A stretch of DNA of 62,889 nucleotides, filler included, from Globobulimina sp. (GCA_003354225.1; 26 parts of 26 records of this genome joined end to end with filler, not necessarily neighbours in it), one strand, 5' to 3'; counted from the whole stretch's first letter, positions 38,524-50,884 are shown. Translations and numbers: made by a program. The notes: a model not told the origin generated them from the letters alone.

Positions 38524-38774
38524 TAAAATAATGACATATTTGTAGAATATTTATTTTAATTCATAAATACTATTATATACCAATAAGATTATAGCCTTGC
38601 ACTCCTATTGTCATTATAGAAACACTTTGGTGTTAAAATGCAAATCGAGAAAAAAAAACAAAATGATACAATATNNNNNNNNNNNNNNNNNNNNNNNNNN
38701 NNNNNNNNNNNNNNNNNNTTAATTAATTAANNNNNNNNNNNNNNNNNNNNNNNNNNNNNNNNNNNNNNNNNNNN

Positions 38775-39032
38775 GAATATGCTCAACCCAAACATATACC
38801 CACAGATACAGACAACAATAGAAAGAACAATTACAATGGTTAAACATTTATTTTTTGATTTACCTGATATTGTTTTGGTAGCCCAAGTTGGAGAATATGA
38901 TATCAATTTATTCAACCATTTAAAATGTTTTTCAACTGCATTTTCTGAAGAAATACTATCCTCCTGATTTTCATCTTCATGCAAGTGATATTTTAAATCT
39001 AATTCAGATGATTGAACGTGCAAATGCTCCAT
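38775..39032 (-). CDS. 5' end of a membrane protein gene (partial)
   Basis: ATG at 39032; TM segment LTIVIVLSIVVCICGYMFGLSIF runs off the contig. Confidence 0.6.
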
Positions 39033-39077
39033 TTAAGTCACAATTTAAGGTTTTTTTTTGCGGAAAACTCATCAATA

Positions 39078-40733
39078 ATGGATTCACCGCAACATTTACT
39101 TGATAACACAATTGCGTTAACAAAGAATCTGAACCATGTCGCTCAAACAAGTGAAACAACCACAATGGAGGAATCTAAATATTCGTCAGAGAAAATACGC
39201 AGAATCTCCAAACCGAAAACACAAGAAAAAACAAAATCAATTACATTAAGTTCAATGAGCGATATCAATAATCCAAATTGGAAAACTCCCGGAGACCGAG
39301 AATTACGCAGAATTGTACACTTTGATGGCAATGAGGAAACATTATATTTTTCGCCCGACAAATACCATCACAAAAAAATATTCATATCCTTCACCATCGA
39401 CAATATCGCTGTGGATGAGGTCAATGAACAATTTCGCCTCAAATTCTACCTCCAATTCAATTGGATTCCGTCAGAAAAAGATTATAAATCGTTGCATAAA
39501 GCCGTCGTAGAATCACAGAAATTAAACAAACCTCAAATATTAACTGAGTGGGTTCCAGAGTGGTATCCGCATTTGGAATTTGATAATGTTGTACGAGAAC
39601 ATATTTGTGAATGGAGAGCTCATCCATTAATTCCTCAAAAAGGGCCGTTTCGTGTAGCGCAATATAAAAAATGGGGAAATGACCGGAATACGGAAACGAA
39701 TGCAATGTACAGAGAGTATGACTTTGAGCGTATAAAATGGTTTTGTGCGGAGATGGAATGCGATTTTACTTTTCGAGAGGAATTAGAACTGCAATCGTAT
39801 CCCTTTGATGTGCAGGATTTGTCCGTTTGTATGCGAATAACAGAGAAAGATACGATAACTTATTCTATTTTTGGTTTACCGAATTATTTCAATGCAGATG
39901 CGACGGCGCTGACTGATGCAAAATATGAGAAACAGTGTAAACATCCGGGTTTGGTGGGAACTATGGATCCGTCGTTGAGTCAGTTGGATCAGTGGGATGT
40001 CAAAAATTGTCTGATTGAATTTGAATTTACTAAAATTGTGTTAAGGTAATACTGCGTTTAAACAAGTGAATGTTATGCTGATGGTTTGGTAAAATTAAAT
40101 ATTGCAAGATAGCTTCGTCAATATTTAATTTATTGCTTCGTCAGCATAAAATTAAGCAATTATAGTTATACAACATTTGTTTACATTTTCAGTGTGAAGC
40201 TAGCCCGAAGGTGGAGACCGGTGGTAATCAATACGTTATTGATCGTATTTTTAGTGTCAATACTATCATTTACTGTGTTTACGGTAGATTTTGAAGATAC
40301 TGCCTCGAGATTAGAGCTCACAATGACGCTCATATTAACTGCGGTTCTTTTTGATATAAAGAGTTCACCGAAACCATACTTGACTTATTTGGATAAGTAT
40401 ATATTGACAAGTTATGGATATTTGACTGTGGTGATGATTGAAAATGCAGTTTGTGGATATTTTGATGAGGATTTTGATGGTGTAATGTTCTGGATTGTAG
40501 TGGTTTTATTTTCGATGCAACATATTGTATTTATAACGTATGCCATTGTTGTTCGACAAAGGGAAAACAGGAAAATATTTATGGGATATCAACAAGTGAA
40601 GAAATATAATAAACGTTATGAAATTGAAAGGCAAAAATTTGTCTTGTATGAAAAGAATATTAAACAAACGGGAATCAATAAATATCGTAAATGCTTGACA
40701 ATCAGTGGTATGGGTGGAGAAGATGCAAATTAA
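39078..40733 (+). CDS. Pentameric ligand-gated ion channel (Cys-less Pro-loop type)
   Basis: FREELELQSYPFDVQDL, LARRW, four TM helices with RLELTMTLILTAV and PYLTYLDKYI; intron 40046-40192. Confidence 0.88.
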
Positions 40734-40784
40734 AGCATTGAGTTTTTTTTTTTAGTAAGTGTAAATATAAAGTCAGTATAAGCC

Positions 40785-41096
40785 ATGTCAACTTCAATAT
40801 TGCGTCAACATTTACGGGATTATCATAACTTTCGATTTAAGGACGAGATCGCTAGCAATTCTCACTTTGGTGATTTTGATAACACACCAATCCAAAATCC
40901 ATCGCCACAACAGAAAAAGAAAAAAATTACGGGTAAAAAAATCAGGAGAAAACTAAACAAAGAACGTAGTAAAATAATATCATTCCAAAACGATGTTACC
41001 TCAAATGTCAAACATAATATCGCTATTTTAAAACGTTTGGAAATCCAAACACATCAAAATATTCCTCAATGGCAAGAAAGATGGGATATGATTAAG
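40785..41096 (+). CDS. 5' end of an unknown basic protein
   Basis: ATG-initiated ORF running off the contig; NLS-like KKKK. Confidence 0.55.
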
Positions 41097-41196
41097 NNNN
41101 NNNNNNNNNNNNNNNNNNNNNNNNNNNNNNNNNNNNNNNNTTAATTAATTAANNNNNNNNNNNNNNNNNNNNNNNNNNNNNNNNNNNNNNNNNNNN

Positions 41197-41537
41197 ATTT
41201 GGATAAAGTTGAAAAATGGGTGCAGCAGAGAGCAAACACTATTTATTCGATAATTGATGAATATCCACAGTTATACAAAAATGATATTGACAGACAATAT
41301 CGATCCGTTATGAATATACCATTTCGGATTTATGATTATGCGGAAAACCGAATTGATTCCGTTTTGGAATATAAATTTTTAAAACAAGCAGAAGAGGAAT
41401 GGTATTTGCATCAATTGCATGGACATAGTTCCGTTGGCGGGATGGCAGTTAGTTTACATACGGGAATTCCGGATGATTCAATTAAATCATGTGCAAAATT
41501 TATGAAATATTTTGCTGATTATCACGTTGGCAATTAA
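41197..41537 (+). CDS. Phosphoserine aminotransferase-like C-terminus, divergent (partial)
   Basis: YRSVMNIPFRI..FLKQAEE..LHGHSSVGG. Confidence 0.85.
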
Positions 41538-41676
41538 TGATTATACGTTAGAATGTATATTAATTGTGTATGTAACAACATCTTTAATTAATTATGAACG
41601 GTTCTTTGATATTTCTCATCCAAAGTCCGTAGAGTTTCGAAAACTTTTCTTTAACTTTAAAAACTTATCTTACGTA

Positions 41677-42663
41677 ATGTTTCGCAAATGTTTAGGGTTT
41701 AGAACGAAACCATATCAGTTGCAAACTGTGAATATTCAATCTTTTCAAACGAAAGCTAAAGTTCTGCCATTAACGGTGTTGCAGCGTAAAGATTTAGATC
41801 ACATTGATCATGACAGATTAATCGACATCGTTTGTAACGTTGGTTTTTTAAAATTAGAAATTGCCCCACATATTCGAGATATACTTGATGAGATTGACCA
41901 AGAATTAAAATTCTTTTATAAAGAAATAAATTATGGACAAACATTGCAAGACAAGCAAATGTTAAGTCATTGGTGGCCTCAACAATTATTATTTTTTGGA
42001 TATAGCAATCATATCAATGACCCGAAGCCGAGCCAATTCGAACAATTTCATGTGAATCCAACAATGATGCATCACGAATTAAATCCATTTAAAGAAATGG
42101 CGAATGTGATGACATTATTTGATTATCTCTGTACTGAGTCGTATGAAATATTTGAGAAAATATGGGTAAAATTAGGAATTTTTCCATTAAGTGATTTTGA
42201 AACAATGTTAGGTGGAAAAAAAGAATTAAATCAAACAATCACTGTAAACAATTTCGATCCGCGTACGTTGACAATGAACAGCGGCAATAAAGCAATGGAC
42301 GGCTTTCCCGGGCACAGCGATAGCGGATTACTCACCATTTTAAGGAGTGGAGGTCCTGGTTTTCAAGTATTTTATAATGGTGAATGGCATGATATTGATT
42401 ATCATGATAGAAATGAAAATTTTGTGTTGAATTTTGGCTGTTTAATGGCAGAAACAACAAAACATACAAAGATTCCTTTTACATCATGCCGTCATCGTGT
42501 TATACCAATCACAGATTTCCAACGATTAAGTATTGCCATTTTTAATGATGCTCCGTGGGATGGAATGTTATATCAATATGATGAAAATCAAAAACTTTCC
42601 CCATACAAAACATATAAATCGCATATTCAGTCCATTTACGATGCTATAGTTGGACGGGAATAA
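41677..42663 (+). CDS. 2OG-Fe(II) dioxygenase (isopenicillin N synthase-like)
   Basis: HSDSGLLTIL, HRV, RLS; likely start MFRKCLGFR. Confidence 0.92.
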   Translation: MFRKCLGFRTKPYQLQTVNIQSFQTKAKVLPLTVLQRKDLDHIDHDRLIDIVCNVGFLKLEIAPHIRDILDEIDQELKFFYKEINYGQTLQDKQMLSHWWPQQLLFFGYSNHINDPKPSQFEQFHVNPTMMHHELNPFKEMANVMTLFDYLCTESYEIFEKIWVKLGIFPLSDFETMLGGKKELNQTITVNNFDPRTLTMNSGNKAMDGFPGHSDSGLLTILRSGGPGFQVFYNGEWHDIDYHDRNENFVLNFGCLMAETTKHTKIPFTSCRHRVIPITDFQRLSIAIFNDAPWDGMLYQYDENQKLSPYKTYKSHIQSIYDAIVGRE

Positions 42664-42820
42664 TAATTAAATTATATGTACATTTTTCTTTGTATAATTT
42701 ATAAATAATATTTTTATAACAACAACTTTTTTTACACGGTGTGCCATCACATATGTCATAGTGACCTAAGTGTTCGAAGACATTTAAGTTCCAAACGGAA
42801 TTTACTTTCATAATTACAAG

Positions 42821-43518
42821 TTATTTACATTCATTTTTAACATATGTTTTTTCGTCAGACCAATAGCTTGGTAATGAATTATAGCGATCATCTTGGCAAA
42901 TAAATATAAATTTGGCATTTCTTTTCCTTGAAGTATCAATTACAGATTGCATTTGAGTTTGAGACTGAATGCCGTAAACCATATGAGATATATTGACTGG
43001 TATCGATGCATTTTGAGTCCATGACGGATTCCATGAATTATAATTATTGACACTCTGTTCATAAACAACAATGGTGTCTGCACAGCCTCTTTCATATCCA
43101 ATATTCGGTACAACTCCGGGATTAATAATAACATAATTATTTCGCGAAGATTTAGCTTTAACGTATTTATATAAATCTTGATAATATGGTATTTCTGCTG
43201 TTGTTTCAGCCGCCTCATCAAAAAATATTCCATTTACATTGTACCATTCATAGAATTTATCCACTTCGCTTTCCACTGCGGATGACGCTCGTTTACCATA
43301 CGATGTATGAACATAGCCAATCACTCCGGTTCCTGCAGATTGCGCCTTACTTGATACTGCTACCCATGCTATTTCAGACACTCACAAATATAAAATATAT
43401 CATGTACTCTTTGGGCTTATGGTATACCGCTGTTTGGATTTAATATTAAATATCCTTCAATTCCATAAAGTGCATTCCAAGAGTTGTCACCTTTAATAAT
43501 AAAATATTCATTCAAAAA
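42821..43518 (-). CDS. Spherulation-specific family 4 / GH135 protein (5'-partial)
   Basis: ILNPNS, VIGYVHTSYG, GIFFDE, IINPG, DTIVVYE, YNSLPSYW; short intron near 43371-43428. Confidence 0.9.
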
Positions 43519-43618
43519 NNNNNNNNNNNNNNNNNNNNNNNNNNNNNNNNNNNNNNNNNNNNTTAATTAATTAANNNNNNNNNNNNNNNNNNNNNNNNNN
43601 NNNNNNNNNNNNNNNNNN

Positions 43619-45510
43619 GTGTCGGAAGTAGGGGAATGGTTAATCGACAGACGGTTTAAAGGTAAATTCGATGAATATGTGGCAATATTTCGCCAACACG
43701 AGATTGACGGCGAAGCACTGCTATCATTGACGGATTCGAAATTGCAGGAAATGGGCATCAGCATAGTAGGTAGACGGACAAAACTATGCAACGCGATAAA
43801 GAAATTAAAAAAACGGACCGATGTAAACATTTCCAAAACATACCATCAAACCGCAAATAATAATAAATCCAACCAAGCAAAGGATGGAAGCACCAGTTAC
43901 AATGAACAAAATTTGCACTTAATGCAACACATTGATCCAATAAAATATATGCTCAAAAAACAAAGAGCAATTCAATCCGCTGGCGGTACGCAGCCAAATT
44001 CGATATATAGCTCTGTTATGTTGAGAAAAAAGAGAGAAACGGCACAGATTATTATCCATTCCATTGCAAATTCGAAAAGTAATTTAAATATAAGTGATAC
44101 GGCAATGGCGCAAGAACAGAAAAATAATGGCATTATAAAACGGATGAAATATGATTCGAAAATACCAAATTTCAACAATATCAAATCTGAAAACGCTATA
44201 AAATACGCATGGAATTCTGATCAAAAACGGTGGGTCAAATCATCGATAACCATCAAAATGGCTAAAAATCCGTTTGAAACTGGCTCGTTACGAATTGCAT
44301 ATTATTGCATTGTCATTTCCGATTCACAATCTGTGCCAAAGTAATATTTCACAGTCAAAACAAACGACAGATGTCAACAACAAAACGTACTCAAACAAAC
44401 GGAACAAACGGAACAGAAATCGTTGTTTGTTTGTTTGTTGTTCGTGTGCTGTTTTGACTGGACATGTTGCTCAACACTCAGCTATGATGACATTTGCACT
44501 CCAAAAGAGAAACACCATGAACGAGCGAGGTGTGTCATGATTTTCAGTAAAATGTTTTTTTGAGTGAGTAACATTTTCAATTGTTAAAAATCATTTTTTT
44601 AAAAACTGTAAGGCGTCAAAGTTATGACACATCCGACAAAGTAATGGCGTCTTTATTCGGCGTAGAAGATATTTTTGGTGGACAATTGTATGTGATCAAA
44701 AAGGGAAATTCGTTGATCGATTCACAACAAAACAGTTTAAATATATATTTCAACGACGTCAGAACGCAAATCGAATCCAAACGATTCGCAGACGAATATA
44801 ACAAATATAATCCGCCCAAAAAAATAACGTTTTTGGATTGCTCCGTCGTTCAATTAATTGATAAGAAACCAACCAAACGCGATTATGCCATCTATGAGAA
44901 TGCGCAAATAAATAAAATCGGAATCCATCAGTTTTATGGTTTGGAGCCGTATTTGTTTGGCAGATATACAAAGCATTCGAATAACATCGGGTGGGATGAA
45001 AATAAGAGGAACACTCCCGCAGCTTTCACGCATTTTACATTGGTGGCCTCCAATAACAGATTATGTGTCTGTGACATCCAAGGCGTCAATGACTTGTATA
45101 CAGATCCTCAGATTCATACATGTAATGGTTATGGATTTGGGTGTGGCAATCGAGGGAATCAAGGCATTTTGGATTTTATCAGCAACCACAAATGCAATGC
45201 GATCTGCGCGCATTTTAAACTCTTGCCGTACTCGAAAAATATTATACTTAATAACAAACAGAAAACAATCCCGCATACGCGTTATATGAAGGACTTGAAA
45301 ATTAATGTGATCAGTACTCAGTTTATCGACGATTTCCGATCGTTTGAGATTCCATATCATATTCTTTATAAACCGTTGCAAGAGTTTCCGCCGATTATGG
45401 ATTCGCAAAACAGTGATATAATCTCACCATTGTTGGGTCATGATCATATTATTCGGGATGGTGATGGCAATGACGAGTGTGATGGCTGCTGTTCTTGCGG
45501 TATTTTGTAA
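43619..45510 (+). CDS. SAM domain + alpha-type (eEF2K/MHCK-like) protein kinase with C-terminal CaaX (5'-partial)
   Basis: FRQHEIDGEALLSL, PFETGSLRIAY, AFTHFT, VCDIQGV..YTDPQIH, GxGN, HKCNAIC; intron 44341-44612; ends CCSCGIL. Confidence 0.93.
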
Positions 45511-46040
45511 GTGGTTGACTAGGTTTTTTAATTGACGTATTATTTAATGTTTTTAGCTCGCTATTAATTTTATGTTCGATTAAATCCATCAAATGTCTGT
45601 CATATATTACAAGTCCATCACAACAATAACACTTAAATCAAGCATAAGGATCAAACACAACAGGCTCCCAAAACTGATCCATATGACACACAAATCTTTG
45701 TATATTGGCATCTTTTTTCCTAACAAACCATAAATTATTCGAATCTTTCTTAAACCCATTTTGCTGAAACGATTTACAAATTGAATTATCAAATTCTTTT
45801 GATTCATTTATAAAAATACCCAAATAATTTACATTATTTATCCTTGAAACTGAATTATTTATTTTGACAATTGACTCTTTTGTGTCCTTTTTATTTTTAT
45901 TTTTATTTTTTTTATGATTTTTCGTATTTGGAGAATATAANNNNNNNNNNNNNNNNNNNNNNNNNNNNNNNNNNNNNNNNNNNNTTAATTAATTAANNNN
46001 NNNNNNNNNNNNNNNNNNNNNNNNNNNNNNNNNNNNNNNN

Positions 46041-48362
46041 CTATGTACGTGGCACCAGACGATGGATAATAATTTCCTGCCATATTTTACATGCATTAAC
46101 AACAAAAAAACATTATTTTATATATATTTATGTACAGCAAACCTGCAATGCGTTCATCCCAATATGGATAATAAACTCTTTTCACATATTCTAAGCCAGC
46201 TTGGTTGGTAAAATATTCATTGTTGGACGACAACTCCGTGGTGTATTTAGTAACAAATTCGGCGGCTTGGTCGATGGGGCCAATCTGGACGCGGTTATCA
46301 ATAAATCTTAAATCCGGGTCTTGGATATTAAATAACCGATAGGTTTGGCCATAGCCGGACCTAAATCTTTGTTGCACTTCGTCCATTAAAGGACCTGTAA
46401 TCAGCTTATTCGCGATGGCCGAATCACTCGCGACATTACCAAATAAAGTCATCCTCTCAAATGCAATATATTTCACACTTAATTGCACATTGCCAGAACC
46501 GGAAGGATTTACGGGGAAGAAATTCAAACTAAACGTTTTGTTGTTATTCATATAACTCGTCGTAGCATAGTGATATCTGGGCGTTGCGGGCGCGGTTTGT
46601 TGGATGGATACTAATATTATCGGCTCATTCACCACAAAATTATTATTCTTGTCATCCAAAGTTATGGTCAAATTGGTTACATCTCTTTTATTTGCGGTTA
46701 AAGTCACACTCTGTTGGCCGTAAATCAATAATTCAGACGCAACAATATCCGCAGTATCATACACCATGAAATCTAAAAATATATTCCCATTCCACGCAGC
46801 GTGGCGGTCAATGCGTTCAATTTCAACCACGGCGCCATTGGCTGTCATCGATGTGATGGAAGCCACAAACTGTGAGCCATCGCATTGTGTGTTGCGTACT
46901 GATGTCAGTAATACGGGAATGTTATTAAACCCTTTCGCAAAGGTAATAGTGACGGATTTCGTGGAGCTATCTGCTTTTGTCACTGCCACAGAACCGGTTT
47001 GTTGATTTTTTAATCCATCCAATTGCGAATAACTCGCATCGTTGTTGTCAAACACTAAGAAGTCGAACAATGGCTGTTGTCCCCAGTATTTATCATTGCC
47101 CAATCGATAATATTCATAATCAAAAGTAGGCGGCGATCGATTTAAATTCATGCCACATACAATCACGCTGAAAGTGTCTAGATATTGTCGCTGATTCGCA
47201 TGAGTCTGTACGATGAATCCAGGCGATGCGTTCTGGCCAAGTTGCTGTCGAAATACAACCGTTAGACGCTTGTCATTGTTCGCGCCGTTGTTATTGGTGC
47301 CTAATCTCTGTCGGTTATCCGTGGCCGGTCGGAATATATACGCTCCCGAAGCAATATAGCCGTCGTTGTAGATACCGCCGGATGGCTTGTATTGACTGAA
47401 TTGGTTTTCCACCGCGAAGGTTTTGCCTAAATTATTGTTGGTGATGGAGGACAATCGATTGGTGCTGCCGTCCATAGTGATGCTGTAATATCCCGTGCCG
47501 GCTTTGAAGGTTTGTCCAGATTTGATATCAACGGCTTGCCCCACAACAGCGGGATGCTCGTTGGTGGCGACGGCGATAAAAAAAGTTTCAAACGACAATG
47601 GTTTCATATTCTGGGCCAACACAAATAAGTTATATCGAGCGGGGTATTTACTATTTTGTTCCTCTGCGGCAACTTCGTTGATTTGAGAGGGGATTACTTT
47701 CTTAGAGGCATCGTATACGACTAAATCACTGCGATTCGACGGGATTTGCAGTATTTCTGTGATGTTCCAAGCGAGCGAGTTGTAGGCCACCATTACCACG
47801 AAATTGTTGTTGGTTAATCGAGAGATCAGATCGTCGCCACGCGTCAACACTGGTTGCTGTCCACCGGACCCTTTTAAGAATTGGCCCACTACGGACTCGT
47901 CAAAGTGGTCCACTCTTTTCGTGCCATTTGATAATTGCTCCATATATTCCTCAGCAACGGCGGTCTTTTCAGTGCCGGTCACCGCGTCGTGATGCTGGGT
48001 CACGTCGATGGCGTCGCGCAAGAATGTGATGTTAAACATTGCCGCCACATAATCTGCTTTAAAGTTCAAGTTTCGCGCAAATAAATACAGCTGCTCAGCT
48101 ACGCGCAAATCATTCATTCGCGAGCGAGTATATAATTTTAAGTATGCGCGAGATGTAAAATAGCCGCTCCTATTTATTTATTTATGTATTTATTGGAAGC
48201 AATGCCAGGCAATACATACCACCATGCATGCGGTGAATCGACATAGGTGAAAAAATCAGGCTGTTCCAAAGGCCACGTCAAGTTCAAGTCATTTACCGCA
48301 CCGATATAGTCCGCCAACGTCGAATATATTATGGTTGCATTGTAGGTGTCATTGCTGTTGAT
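46041..48362 (-). CDS. GH38 alpha-mannosidase with inserted H-type-lectin-like domains (partial)
   Basis: WSGYFTSR, QHHDAVTGT, YNSLAW, SGAYIFRP, IAGNYYP; introns 48170-48219 and 46077-46142. Confidence 0.93.
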
Positions 48363-48637
48363 NNNNNNNNNNNNNNNNNNNNNNNNNNNNNNNNNNNNNN
48401 NNNNNNTTAATTAATTAANNNNNNNNNNNNNNNNNNNNNNNNNNNNNNNNNNNNNNNNNNNNATGAAAAAAAAAAGTATGAAAGTATAATTAATTGGTAA
48501 CACGAAAACGAAAACGAAAACGAATAATTGAAGTGTAGTATTTCTAAGCCTTTTGTGTAAAAAAAAAGTCTTAGAAAGTGAGACATTCAATCATTTTTTT
48601 GTGTGTTACCAAACTGTCCGAAAGATATAAAGAATCA

Positions 48638-48722
48638 TTAAACCTCTTTATTAATATTTTTATCATCAGAACCTGTCTTTGATACAGTATAAGCAGTATC
48701 ACTTCCATCCTCCTCATTAGTT

Positions 48723-48753
<31 letters not shown>

Positions 48754-50515
48754 GTTGAGGACGTATTGCGAATCCATACGTATTATTTTCAGATATTGGC
48801 GTATTATCAGCATCCGATGGAGTCATAACTTGCATATACTTAGCAGATGCTGCATCTGATTCACTTCCATCATCATTACTATTATTACTGTTACTATTAT
48901 TACTATGCTGAGCCCTTATTCCGAATGAATCTTTAATGCCAGTTGTTTTATCATACGTATTTGGAGATATTGGCGTATCACCATCTACCTGCACATACTC
49001 AACAGGCGCTGTATTTGCATTTGCATTTAAATTTTCTAAATTAGCTAATTGATTCAATGCATCTTCCATTTCTTGTTCATATTCATCATCTTCATCCAAA
49101 TATGTAATTTCTTTTCCTAATACATTAACATTGGATACATCAATCTTAATACCTTTTGGTGATGGTGTAACCTCTGGAATATATGCAGATGATGGATGTA
49201 AGAAATTTCCTTCTCCAAACACATTACCCGCAGTGGTGGTTCTTTCCATCTCTAATGATTGTAATCCAGCGACATTGGTCACATTGCCAGCTCCCGCTGC
49301 GGTCCTGGATTTAAATGATTTTGGAGATAAAAAGTTATCGATTGTTCGATTGAGATGTCCGCGCATAGTTATTGGTGCAGCTTCAGGTAAATACTGTGGA
49401 AATATTTTTTTCATTGCAAATATATAAATAAATAATACAATCAGTCCAACCATAGGTAATAATTTTAATGTATTGTATACATTTAATACACGGTCTCGTT
49501 CATAGTCAGCTAAATGTACTAATAAACATAATAAACCTAAACAAAATGTTTCTAAATGGTTGATATTAAATGCTAATTCATGGATATATTTTTTCGAACT
49601 AAATGGGTGTAGCCAGATATGAATAATTAAGTAACTATAAATTAACCAACGGGTCAATACTAATCTGTATGCTTCCAACACCGGAATTGAGACCAATAAA
49701 ATAACAAATAATCGGCATGCCATTCGAAATACGTCATAATACCATGCCCTCCGTTTGTATCCTAGTGTCAATATGTGCCACCAAGGGGAGACTTTCAAAT
49801 TTTTACGCGCTCTGATTAAGAAATACAACGCAATGCCAGGCAGTATAATCGCTATAAAGGCACACAAAAATGCAAATGAATGCCACCATTGATAACATTC
49901 TATATCTGCACTATAATACATATAATTTTTACCTGCCAATTTTCGACAACTTAATAATGAAAATGATGTCCGAGTTAGCTGAGCATAAACCTGCAGGAAA
50001 AATTTAACAAAAGCTCTGAAAGTAAAAAATTTAAAAACTATCGTTCCAATTTTTTGACATTTACAATTTCTGGAACCACCTTGAACCGCTGCACAACATC
50101 CCACCCTCTTGAAAAACCAAAATAAAGTTATCCATAATATGCAAGTACACGGCGTCACAAATGTTAATAATAATTGTTGTAAATTGGTCAGATCCTCATA
50201 GGCGCAAACATTTTCTACCTGGGGATCAAAATTAAACAGTCCTTCAATTGTAGCAGAAATGTCGGTGGTTTCACTCTGATCGGGAATTAATAAATTTATT
50301 GACGGTAAAACTTGATAATAAAATGATAATGTTTTAAATGTATATATTTCCCAAGCCGCAAGATTACCGTCGAGAGGATCAGAATGTCCCCACCACCAAA
50401 TTAGCACTGCATAAATCAACCCCGGAACTACAAAATACCACACATTTGCACCTACACATTTAATACATTCGGTTGATAGCGGCGATACACTAAATCCATC
50501 ATTACATGTTGAACA
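48638..50515 (-). CDS. Cys-rich ectodomain + multipass membrane protein (5'-truncated)
   Basis: CSTCNDGFS..ECIKC, FYYQVL, FSLLSC, GYKRRAWYYD, PF, NHLE motifs; duplicated segment in the tail. Confidence 0.8.
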
Positions 50516-50544
50516 ACTTTATCTGTTTATTATGATCTAGAACT

Positions 50545-50784
50545 TTGTTTGAGCTTTCCGAAGGTATGCGAGGAATAAACACCACTTTCAATGAACAATC
50601 TCCTGCGATCCTTTCGGATAAAACACTCATGGCCTTTCATACAAACCGGAAAAATCCGGAAATGGGGCTGTTCGATCGTGATATTTTAGTAATCAATATG
50701 AATTTGCAAATACCGGAACACTACCCTGGACTTAATTCCGATTTTGATGAAATCAATCCGTGTTTCAACAAGGATGGGAGCCTC
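50545..50784 (+). CDS. Bacterial-type TolB/PD40 beta-propeller fragment
   Basis: INTTFNEQSPAILSDKTLMAFHTNR and GLNSDFDEINPCFNKDG match PD40 repeats. Confidence 0.75.
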
Positions 50785-50884
50785 NNNNNNNNNNNNNNNN
50801 NNNNNNNNNNNNNNNNNNNNNNNNNNNNTTAATTAATTAANNNNNNNNNNNNNNNNNNNNNNNNNNNNNNNNNNNNNNNNNNNN

